Part shown: positions 39,548 to 48,258 of the stretch, piece after piece
How the letters are laid out: the number at the start of each line of letters is the position of its first letter
Numbering within the stretch: position 1 is the stretch's first letter
Assembly (NCBI GenBank): GCA_965237675.1
Contig: OZ250150.1
Coordinates: 2,208,001 to 2,272,000, forward strand
Reading direction: 5' to 3'
Origin: Candidatus Latescibacterota bacterium
GTDB taxonomy: Bacteria; Latescibacterota; UBA2968; GCA-2709665
Length of the DNA: 64,000 nucleotides
Made by a program: the position numbers and the translations under genes
The notes under the pieces: model-generated
What the model saw: the letters and a program-made list of their open reading frames with translations, nothing else
Told to the model about the DNA's origin: nothing
Databases searched by the model: none

Positions 39548-39878
39548 CGTGTGGCCTCCCTGAGAGTAAAGTCTCTCTATTGTCTGACGCGTCAATATAG
39601 CGAATTCCACGGTACCAATCCAGCCGGATCTGAGTATCAGATCATCGCCCCGATGCACCTTGCATTTCGCCGCCCTGTGCTATATCTTTCCCGCTATCAA
39701 TTTCCATCCGGACGTTTTCCGCCGCCAGTTCTGGTATGCAAGACCGGGCGCCGCCCACGGGCCCCGTCGGATGAACGAGTGGCGGCTCGGTTTCGATTTC
39801 CCCGCTGGATGGTCCACGCCCGTAAGATGTCCATCGGACCTGGCTGGATGCGCAACCGGCGTTAAGGAGAAACAGCCC

Positions 39879-41858
39879 GTGGCTACCGTTGCAGATTATA
39901 TCTCCGAGGCCCTGCCCGACGTCCGCCTCGCGGAATCCCGCCACGTCCACACGCCATGGACGCTGGCAGCCTATTCGACACTTGAAGAATGGGAAGCGCG
40001 CGCCGCGCACATAAGGAAACACATCCTGGTTGTTCTGGGTCTGTATCCGTTACCGGAAAAGAGCCCCCTCAAACCCCGTGTGTTCAGACGGGTGGAGCGC
40101 AGGGGCTACTCCGTGGAAAAAGTCTACTTCGAGTCGCTACCGGGGTTTCTGGTGTGCGGCAACCTGTATCGTCCGACCGATGGTGGACCCCACCCCGGCG
40201 TCGCCTGCCCGCACGGTCACTGCCGTCGCGGTCGCCTGGAAAACGACGACACGGCTTTTGGTTCCATACCGGGCCGCTGCATCAACCTGGCTCGTCAGGG
40301 TCATGTTGTCTTCTCGTACGACATGGCGGGATATAATGACAGCAGCCAGATCGAGCATCGGAAATACGGCGGGCACGTGGAAGACCTATGGGGCATCGGC
40401 GTCATGGGGTTGCAGTTGTGGAACAGCATCCGCGTGATCGATTTCCTGCAGTCCCTTCCAGACGTGGATCCGGACGGGATCGGCTGCACCGGCGCGTCGG
40501 GGGGCGGCACGCAGACCTTCATGCTCGCCGCCGTGGACGACCGGGTTAAAGTTGCGGCCCCGGTCAATATGATCTCCGCGCACATGCAGGGCGGATGCAA
40601 CTGCGAAAACCAGGCCCATCTCCGCCTGGACATCAACAACGTCGAGATCGCGGCAACAATGGCCCCCCGCCCCCTCTTTCTCGTCTCCGCATCAGGCGAT
40701 TGGACCTGCAACACACCCGAGCTGGAGTATCCCGCAATCCGGGACATCTACAGCCTGTACAACGCCGCCGACAGAGTCGCCACCGCGCAGGTCGACGCCG
40801 GGCACAACTATAACCGGGAGAGCCGTGAATACGTTTACAGATGGTTCGGCAGGTGGCTCCTCGGCGTGGACGAACCGTTCAAGGAGCGGGCCTTTACGGT
40901 GGAACCCGAGGAGGACCTGCTGGTCTTCCACAACCGGACGCCGCCCGCCCACGCGCTCGACGCGACAGGCCTCACGAGGATTCTGATCTCCCGATCCGAG
41001 GCGCGCCTGAATGGCGCAATGCCGGATAACCGGGCCTGCCTGCGCCGGTTCAAGGAGCGGACGGCGCCGGCGCTTCGGCACGCCGTCGCCGCCACGTACC
41101 CAAAGGCGCCTGTTGCGAGGGACATGGGGCGTACACGAAACAAGAAGCACATCGTACAGGGGCTCCTTCTTGGCCGGCAGGATTTCGGTGACCGCGTTCC
41201 GGCCCGCCTGTTCCTGCCGCGAACCGGATGTGAGAAATCCCCGGGCACGCTCCTGGTGCACCCTGACGGCAACGACGCCCTCTCCGACCCCGGTAAGGGC
41301 ACACCCGGCCCCGTGGTCGCCGATCTGCTTGGCCGGGGCCAGCGTGTTCTGACCATCAGCCCGTTCCTTGTTGGAGCGTCTCCTTCAAACACGGGGCGCC
41401 GGGACACGGATGTGCCCCATTTCCACACCTACAACGTCAGCGATACGGCCTGCAAAATACAGGACATTCTCACCGCGCTGGCCTATCTCCGGTCCCGCAC
41501 CGACGTGACATCCGTTCAACTTCTGGGCATGGGCGCCGCAGGGCTCTGGTGCCTGTTCGCGTGCGCCCTGGCGCCCGGTGTCGGCCGCACTGTCGTCGAC
41601 GGAAACCGGTTCCGGGCCAGCGACGACGCCCATTGGGCCGAACACCTCTTCATCCCGGCCATCCGCGCCGCCGGGGATCTTCGCTCGGCCGCCGCGCTAA
41701 TTGCTCCGGCGCCTCTATTCGTCCACAATGCGGGCACGGACTTTCCCGTGGAGGAATTTCGAACGTTTTACCGCGTCGCTGGCGCCTGTTCGGCACTGGA
41801 GATCTCTTCGCGCCGGGTTAACCGAACTGCGTTGCACGACTGGCTCTCGCAGACCTGA
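39879..41858 (+). CDS. Acetylxylan esterase-like double alpha/beta hydrolase
   Basis: VEKVYFES, CPHGH, nucleophile elbow GCTGASGGG, GGCNCE and GHNY; AAGGAGA RBS before the GTG at 39879. Confidence 0.85.
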   Translation: MATVADYISEALPDVRLAESRHVHTPWTLAAYSTLEEWEARAAHIRKHILVVLGLYPLPEKSPLKPRVFRRVERRGYSVEKVYFESLPGFLVCGNLYRPTDGGPHPGVACPHGHCRRGRLENDDTAFGSIPGRCINLARQGHVVFSYDMAGYNDSSQIEHRKYGGHVEDLWGIGVMGLQLWNSIRVIDFLQSLPDVDPDGIGCTGASGGGTQTFMLAAVDDRVKVAAPVNMISAHMQGGCNCENQAHLRLDINNVEIAATMAPRPLFLVSASGDWTCNTPELEYPAIRDIYSLYNAADRVATAQVDAGHNYNRESREYVYRWFGRWLLGVDEPFKERAFTVEPEEDLLVFHNRTPPAHALDATGLTRILISRSEARLNGAMPDNRACLRRFKERTAPALRHAVAATYPKAPVARDMGRTRNKKHIVQGLLLGRQDFGDRVPARLFLPRTGCEKSPGTLLVHPDGNDALSDPGKGTPGPVVADLLGRGQRVLTISPFLVGASPSNTGRRDTDVPHFHTYNVSDTACKIQDILTALAYLRSRTDVTSVQLLGMGAAGLWCLFACALAPGVGRTVVDGNRFRASDDAHWAEHLFIPAIRAAGDLRSAAALIAPAPLFVHNAGTDFPVEEFRTFYRVAGACSALEISSRRVNRTALHDWLSQT

Positions 41859-41881
41859 CGCCCTTTCCTGTGAACGTTACG

Positions 41882-43192
41882 ATGATAGTCGCCCACATTT
41901 CCGATTTCCACCTTCGCCATTTTCTCCCTGGCACCTCCACGATATCCCGCCGCCTGAGCCGGCATATGCCCGGTCTCATCTCGCAGGCCGTCGAACGCAT
42001 TCGTGCGGAATCCCCGGATCTCGTCGTGGTCACGGGCGATCTTGTCGACCATCCCTTTTACGGGATGCGCGACCCGGAATTTATCGCCCTCGGCGAAAAA
42101 GACCTCCGTCTTGTCCGGGAATGCTTCGCGTCGCTGGCCTGTCCGGTCGCCTGGCTCTACGGAAACCACGACCATCCGGGATCCTTTCACAGCGTCTTCG
42201 GCGACATGCCCGTGGATTTCCGTGTTGCCGGCCATCGTGTCCTGATCTTTTTCGACGACGAAGTGGAGGACCACTTTCCGCAGCGCATGGGGGCGCAGCG
42301 CGAACGTTTCCTCGCCGCATTGAACGACGACGATCCACGCCCGCAGATTCACCTCCAGCACTACCTCGTCGCGCCAGAGCGCGCGGGAGGCTATCCCCAC
42401 GCCTACCGCGAGGCCGGGAGCCTCAAGACCGCCCTGCTGGCTGACGGCCGGGTCCGCCTCGTGCTCAGCGGGCATTATCACAGGGGCGACAGCCTTTTTT
42501 GCGAAGGCCACGTCCACTTCGCCAATGCCCCCGCATTCGGGGAGCCGCCCCATCCGTTTCGCATCTACACCATCGAGGGGACCGGCGTCACACAGACCGA
42601 ACATCAGCTGCGGACGCCCGATGCAAAAAAAGGACGTGCCGTGTTCCTCGACCGGGACGGCACCGTCAGCCCCGAGCCCGCGTATCGAACGGGCCCTGAG
42701 CAATTCAGCCTGCTTCCCGGCGTGGCGGAAGCCCTTTCGAAATTAAAGCGTGCGGGTTACGCCCTAGTCGTTGTCTCGAATCAGACCGCCGTAGGCCAGG
42801 GATACGTCACGACCGAAACCGTAGGCGCCGTGAACGACCGCATGGCCGCCCTGCTCGGACCCTCCGGCGTGGAACTGGACGGGGTCTACTGCCGATATGG
42901 CAGCCCAGGCGCCGTGCTTCCGCAACATCGAACCGACACGCCGGAGACCAAACCCAATCCCGCGATGTTGATTGCCGCGGCCGACGACCTCAACCTTGAC
43001 CTGTCCTCGTGTTTCATGGTCGGTGACCGAACAAGCGACGTCTATGCCGGGCGCAACGCCGGCTGCCGCGCCGCCATTCTGGTGAAAACAGGATCCGGTT
43101 TGGAGGCGCTCGCGAACATGCCTCCCGGCCACGCGGACTTTTTCGCGGACGATCTCGCCGCCGTGGCGGACTGGATTCTGGAGCAGGGATGA
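41882..43192 (+). CDS. Metallophosphoesterase fused to a GmhB-like HAD-IIIA phosphatase
   Basis: SDFH, TGDLVD, GNHD and SGHYH, then FLDRDGT, VSNQ, KP and MVGDRTSD. Confidence 0.88.
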   Translation: MIVAHISDFHLRHFLPGTSTISRRLSRHMPGLISQAVERIRAESPDLVVVTGDLVDHPFYGMRDPEFIALGEKDLRLVRECFASLACPVAWLYGNHDHPGSFHSVFGDMPVDFRVAGHRVLIFFDDEVEDHFPQRMGAQRERFLAALNDDDPRPQIHLQHYLVAPERAGGYPHAYREAGSLKTALLADGRVRLVLSGHYHRGDSLFCEGHVHFANAPAFGEPPHPFRIYTIEGTGVTQTEHQLRTPDAKKGRAVFLDRDGTVSPEPAYRTGPEQFSLLPGVAEALSKLKRAGYALVVVSNQTAVGQGYVTTETVGAVNDRMAALLGPSGVELDGVYCRYGSPGAVLPQHRTDTPETKPNPAMLIAAADDLNLDLSSCFMVGDRTSDVYAGRNAGCRAAILVKTGSGLEALANMPPGHADFFADDLAAVADWILEQG

Positions 43193-43815
43193 TGGCAGGA
43201 CTCTCTGTCCGAACCGTTCTGCGGGTCCTGATTCCCGCGGCCGCCGTAGCCGTGCTGATCGGTGTCGTTCTCACCGGGTATTCGCGGGAACTGGACCGGC
43301 TCCTCGGGTCCGGGCCGGAAAATCCCGCGGCATCCGAACTCCCGACCATCCTGACCAGCGTCGCGGAATCGTTATCCACCTCCGAACTGGCCGGGTTGCT
43401 AGCAGAGCAACTCGTTCCGCCGGGCCGTTCGGATCCTTCAGGTGGATTAAGGCGGACCGGCTTCGCCCTCCTGCTCTCCCTGAAATACGAAAAAGAAAGC
43501 CTGCTGGCTTTCTTTTTCGACCGGACTCCGTTCGCCCTGCCTCGAAATACCTTCGTGCGGGGTTTTAAGCGCGCGGCTCGCGCCTATTTCGGCGTATCTC
43601 CGGCCCGGCTGACCACGGGAGAAGCGATCATGCTATTCCATCTTGCCCGTTTTCCCGATGCGCCAGTACCGGTAAACGACCCGGAACAAGCCCTGGAACT
43701 TCGGAAGCGCCTCCTGCTGGATCTCCGGAAAGACAAACTGATTACCCCGGCGCAGTACCGTTCCGAAACCAGCCGGCCGCTCATCCTGTCCGGCAGCCAT
43801 CCGGCCGTGTGGTGA
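43189..43815 (+). CDS. Membrane-anchored degenerate transglycosylase (GT51)-like protein, copy 1
   Basis: N-terminal TM; KESLLAFFFDR, GFKRAARAYFG, LTTGEA and DPEQALELRKRLL resemble the C-terminal half of GT51. Overlaps the upstream stop (ATGA). Confidence 0.65.
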   Translation: MMAGLSVRTVLRVLIPAAAVAVLIGVVLTGYSRELDRLLGSGPENPAASELPTILTSVAESLSTSELAGLLAEQLVPPGRSDPSGGLRRTGFALLLSLKYEKESLLAFFFDRTPFALPRNTFVRGFKRAARAYFGVSPARLTTGEAIMLFHLARFPDAPVPVNDPEQALELRKRLLLDLRKDKLITPAQYRSETSRPLILSGSHPAVW

Positions 43816-43920
43816 ATTACGGCAGTCATGGCGCTGGTCGCTGGTGCGGCTGATGATAAGATGGGATGTGGAAGAGCCGTTCGATGACCATCGCAAGGGC
43901 GGAAACAGACAGGCCGCACC

Positions 43921-44017
43921 ACAACCCGTCCGAAAAAGCGGTCTGGAAACAGCGGCGATATCAATACGGCCACAAGAGCCGGCCGCAGCCCGGATGGACT
44001 TTTTCAATGGGCTGCTA
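43921..44017. mobile_element. Shortened inverted copy of MITE family C
   Basis: About 50 bp (43967-44017) is the reverse complement of 1091-1141 with one mismatch; a degenerate second TIR ACAACCCGTCCGAAAAAG is present. Confidence 0.65.
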
Positions 44018-44070
44018 AGGCAAACAGCCTTGTCACTGAAGTCTCCCAACGTGGGGTTTATACCAGGGAG

Positions 44071-46596
44071 TCAAAAGGCGTATCGGACTTTTGTGTACCA
44101 GAATGCCCCATTGAAACCAAATGGGGTGTACTCGCTGTACTTTTCACCCACGGAACCTTTGTTCTTGTTCTCTTCCGGAAAGGTATTGAGCACATTGCGG
44201 GAGCCAAGGGTAATCCGCATTTCTGCATTCAGTTCGATGCTGGTTTCGATATCGAACAACGGCCATACGGCGGGATATGTTTGATCGTTATCCCTGTCCC
44301 ACCAGGAATCGTAATAGCTCATGCGAACCAGGGAATCCCACCTGTCGTTGAAAGACTGCGTCAAGGTCGCGTTGGCGCGGCTTTCGGGAAGTGCTTCCTC
44401 TAGTTGCCGCACGCGTGTCTCGCTCAATGTTTCGGTGAGCCTGGTTACTTCCGTGTCCGTGAAGTTGTAAACAAGGCTGACATCGCCATTGCCCGCGGGT
44501 GCGACAAAAACGACGTCGACGCCGCGGGTTCTGGTTTCGAAGTCGTTGATGAAGAAACGGAAGGTCTGGATGTTTCTCGCGCTGGTAATGCCCGAAGCGA
44601 TCAATTGGTCGCGCTGGGCATCGGTCAGAGAGTAGTCCGTTGAAATACCCAGGCGGTCCTTCAGGTCGATTTGAAAATAATCGACGGTCAAACTGAAGTT
44701 TGCCCTGTCCACGATGAAGCCACCGGTGAAGTTGTTCGACTTTTCAGGGTCGAGAGGCTTGCCGCCCACCAGTTTCGAGGCGGCGTGGGTCGATGGAATG
44801 GTGCCTATGTTGACCAGGTCGTTCAACGCGGGATCGAATCGAGTCGATACGTTGAAAGAATTCTGTTGACCGGGTGTGGGGGCTCTGAAACAGGTGCTGA
44901 AACTGCCGCGCAATTTCAGCTCTTCCGTGATGCCGAAGTGGGTAGCCGCCTTGTAGTTGAGGGTCGAACCGAAGTCACTGAAGTTTTCATAGCGCAGCGC
45001 CAGACCGAGCAGCCAATTGTCCGACGGGGTAATTTCGGCATCCCCATAAGCCGCGTAATTGGACCGACTCCAGTCGCCGGCGGCAATATCGCTGAAGCCG
45101 GAAAATCCATTGGACGCAGCACTGAATCCCTGGGGAGCCAGGGGGCCTATTTGATAGGACTCGGGTTGTCCCCGCACAACTTCGTATTTCTCATTTCTGT
45201 ATTCGAGACCGGCAGCCAGGAAGACCTGATCGCTTACAGGAAACGTAAGGTCGAGGTTAAAATTGAGGTCTTTCTGGATATAGCCTCCGGGATCGAATTC
45301 CGTGGGGGTATTGCGTCCCAAAGAGGCATTCACCGTGTTTTTGATCACGAAGTCGGCTTCGTGACTCCCGTAATACGCACTGAGGTCCCATGTCCAGAGC
45401 GGGTCGAAATGGGTGCCCTTAACCCCCACGAGAAGGGCCTGATCGGCGGCGGCGCCGCCGAATCGGGGGGTAAAACCGCCGGGAAAGCGTTCGCGGAACG
45501 TGAAATAGTCGTCTTTATTATCTAAAACCTGTTGGAGCGCGTCCGGGTCCGCCATGTTGTCGGTTATGGCGACTACGGGAGGATCGGGCGCATCGGGGTC
45601 CAATTTGCCCACGAGCAAGGTCTCACCGCCATCGGCACTGAAGACGCCCCCGCGCGTATTGGGATTTCTAAAGAAGAATCCGCCTTCCACTTCTTTGCTC
45701 GCATAGTTGGCATAGCCGTAGAACCTGGTGTATTCCGACAGGTTTCCGCCGTAGTTGGCAAAGAATTTGAGGTCGTTCCTGATGATGGGCGAACCCCAGA
45801 CCTGGGCGGGATCCGCCACGTCGGTATTGCCGGCGGCAATGAGCGCCTTGGCGTCGTCGCGTTGCGCAGATCGATCGGTATCGTCCGCGTTGCCATATTC
45901 CAGGCTGAGGTTTGCCCACGCATTTTCGCTTCCCAGGCCGATATTGCCGGCGAAACTGTACTTAAAACCATCGCCTGCCTGATAGATACCGGGCTTGATT
46001 TCAATCGAGCCGCCGCGTTGCCGGTCTTTGAGCTGGAAACTCATCACGCCGGCAATGGCGTCGGAACCGTATTGCGCGGAGGCGCCGTCGCGCAGGATTT
46101 CCACCTGTTTCAGGGCAATCGCCGGAATCACCGATATGTCTGCCCCCTGCGCACCGTCCGATACGCCGTTGCCATGCCAAACGACGAGAGAGCTGCGATG
46201 GCGGCGTTTGCCGTTGATGAGGACCAGCGTGTGGTCGGGGGCGAGGCCGCGCAGATTGGCGGGACGGACAAGCGTGGAGGCATCGCTGATGGGTTGGGTG
46301 TTGACATTGAAGGAAGGCACAACCGTTCTCACCAGATTTTGCAAATCGGCTTCGCCTTGTTTGACGATCTCTGCGCCGCTGACCACGTCGACGGGAACGG
46401 CCGATTCGACGACGGAACGCGGTTTTGCCCGGGAGCCGATGACCACCAATTCTTCGAGGACGATCACCTGGTCGAGGACAGACGTCGTATCCGTGCTTTC
46501 GGAATGCGGCGTTTCCTGCGACACGGCAGGCCCATACGGAATGAGCATGGAAGCCATGCCGAATACGAGAGACAAAAAACCATGGTTGTGTTGCAT
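44071..46596 (-). CDS. TonB-dependent receptor
   Basis: Signal peptide, EELVVIGSR, NLRGLAPDHTLVLINGKRRH and DGASAQYGSDAIAGV; C-terminal RYAF. Confidence 0.93.
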   Translation of the reverse strand: MQHNHGFLSLVFGMASMLIPYGPAVSQETPHSESTDTTSVLDQVIVLEELVVIGSRAKPRSVVESAVPVDVVSGAEIVKQGEADLQNLVRTVVPSFNVNTQPISDASTLVRPANLRGLAPDHTLVLINGKRRHRSSLVVWHGNGVSDGAQGADISVIPAIALKQVEILRDGASAQYGSDAIAGVMSFQLKDRQRGGSIEIKPGIYQAGDGFKYSFAGNIGLGSENAWANLSLEYGNADDTDRSAQRDDAKALIAAGNTDVADPAQVWGSPIIRNDLKFFANYGGNLSEYTRFYGYANYASKEVEGGFFFRNPNTRGGVFSADGGETLLVGKLDPDAPDPPVVAITDNMADPDALQQVLDNKDDYFTFRERFPGGFTPRFGGAAADQALLVGVKGTHFDPLWTWDLSAYYGSHEADFVIKNTVNASLGRNTPTEFDPGGYIQKDLNFNLDLTFPVSDQVFLAAGLEYRNEKYEVVRGQPESYQIGPLAPQGFSAASNGFSGFSDIAAGDWSRSNYAAYGDAEITPSDNWLLGLALRYENFSDFGSTLNYKAATHFGITEELKLRGSFSTCFRAPTPGQQNSFNVSTRFDPALNDLVNIGTIPSTHAASKLVGGKPLDPEKSNNFTGGFIVDRANFSLTVDYFQIDLKDRLGISTDYSLTDAQRDQLIASGITSARNIQTFRFFINDFETRTRGVDVVFVAPAGNGDVSLVYNFTDTEVTRLTETLSETRVRQLEEALPESRANATLTQSFNDRWDSLVRMSYYDSWWDRDNDQTYPAVWPLFDIETSIELNAEMRITLGSRNVLNTFPEENKNKGSVGEKYSEYTPFGFNGAFWYTKVRYAF

Positions 46597-46823
46597 TGTA
46601 CCCTCTTTGATAAGGCTGTGAAATTGGATTTCTCAGAACAGCCAAAATTAATACAAAACGCCTCGGTCAGACAACCCGAAAAATGGGTGCTCCCGGAAAA
46701 ATCATTGCGATGCAACGAGTTTTTGTGTTCCGCACGAGTCCCATCCTACCGTACCCGTCGCATGAAAAGGCGTCCGATGCCGGGGGAGACACCGGGTGCT
46801 TTTCAGGGGTCGACGGGCCGGGC

Positions 46824-47183
46824 CTACTCGAGGTAGAGCATTCGCCGGGTCTGCAGGCCGCCCGGATAGTGCAGGCGCGTGAAATAAATTCCCGTGGACA
46901 CGCGCCGCCCCGCTACGTCGCGGGCGTCCCAGGACACCCGGTAGGCGCCGGCGGTCTGCACCTCGTCCACCAGAATGCGCAGGCGCTGCCCGAGGAGGTT
47001 GTAGATCTCCAGGCGCACCGGTCCGTCCGTGTCCAGCCGGTAGGGAATGAGGGTGCTGGCGTTGAAGGGGTTGGGCGCGTTGGGCGCCAAGCAGCCCGGC
47101 GGCCCGTCCGCGATCGCCGGCTTGGAGGCCGGGGCGGCCCTCTTCGTGGTCACCTTGACGTAGTTGGACCGCTTGCCGTCGCC
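46824..47183 (-). pseudogene. Orphan 3' fragment: FlgD-Ig/T9SS-type-A-like C-terminal domain
   Basis: NAPNPFNAST..VRLEIYNLLGQ..WDARD..GRRVSTGIYF; the 5' part is cut at the duplication junction. Confidence 0.75.
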
Positions 47184-47206
47184 GCGGACTGGATTCTGGA
47201 GCAGAG

Positions 47207-47833
47207 ATGATGGCAGGACTCTCTGTCCGATCCGTTCTGCGGGTCCTGATTCCGGCGGCCGTCGCGGCCGTGCTCGTCGGTGCCGTCATCAACGGGTATT
47301 CGCGGGAACTGGACCGACTCCTCGGCTCCGCGCCGGAGAACTCCGCCGCTTCCGATCTCCCGTCCATTCTGCACAGGGTCGCAGACTCGCTGTCGACTGC
47401 GGAACTGGCCGGAACGCTTGCAGAACAACTGCCGCCTTCGGATGGCTCGGAACCAGCCGGCGGTCTAAAGCGAGCCTGCTACGCCTTCCTGATAGCCCGC
47501 AACTATAAAAAAGAAAGCCTGGTGGCTTTCTTTTTCGACCGGACCCCCTTTCAGTTTCCTCGAAGCAGCGTCGTTCGGGGTTTCGCCGCCGCCGCAAGCG
47601 CTTATTTCGGCGTATCTCTAGACCGGCTGACCACGGGAGAGGCAATCCTGCTATTCCATCTTGCCCGCACTCCCGATGCGCCGGTACCGGTAAACGACCC
47701 GGAACAAGCACTCGAACTTCGAAACCGCCTCCTGCTGGATCTCCTGAATGACGAGCTCATTACACCCGCGCATTACCGTTCCGAATCCGGCCGGCCGCTC
47801 ATCCTGTCCGGCAGCCATCCCGCCGTGTGGTGA
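47207..47833 (+). CDS. Degenerate transglycosylase-like protein, copy 2
   Basis: 208 aa, colinear with 43189-43815, roughly 70% aa identity. Confidence 0.65.
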   Translation: MMAGLSVRSVLRVLIPAAVAAVLVGAVINGYSRELDRLLGSAPENSAASDLPSILHRVADSLSTAELAGTLAEQLPPSDGSEPAGGLKRACYAFLIARNYKKESLVAFFFDRTPFQFPRSSVVRGFAAAASAYFGVSLDRLTTGEAILLFHLARTPDAPVPVNDPEQALELRNRLLLDLLNDELITPAHYRSESGRPLILSGSHPAVW

Positions 47834-48258
47834 GATACCCAATGGGAAAATTTCCACCTCATTCCAGAAGGTCCAAGTGCGCCACGCAGGCAATTCTGAG
47901 CGACGGGAGAAAGGTCGTCCATACGCCAGGTAGATGAATAGTACAGTGGCAGGTTGGGGTGGGTAAACTTGCAATGTGGGAAGTTGATTGGTCGGCTGAC
48001 GCCTGGCCGCCAACGTCACTCCAGAGGCGGTCGCCGAGCATGAGGCGCCACCCACGTGGCAGGTCTGTCCGTTTCCCTCGTAGAGGGACAGGACGCTGCA
48101 GGGCGTCAGCACTTCAGGCTTTCGACCCAGGCCTGAACCACTTGCCCCATCTACCGCCACGAATTCTTCCTGAGTCAATACCTCGCTACAGCCGAGGTAG
48201 GCATAGGCATGATCGGTAAAAGGGATACGCCTCCCGTCCCCTCATTCTGAGCCCGTGT

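Noticed and set aside
47840-48250. ORF-like spacer between GT51-like copy 2 and the adhesin stop; similar unexplained stretches at 7620-7880, 12120-12560, 33640-33860 and 58830-59120
   Set aside because: No recognisable motif or consistent frame. Probably gene or repeat remnants, left uncalled.
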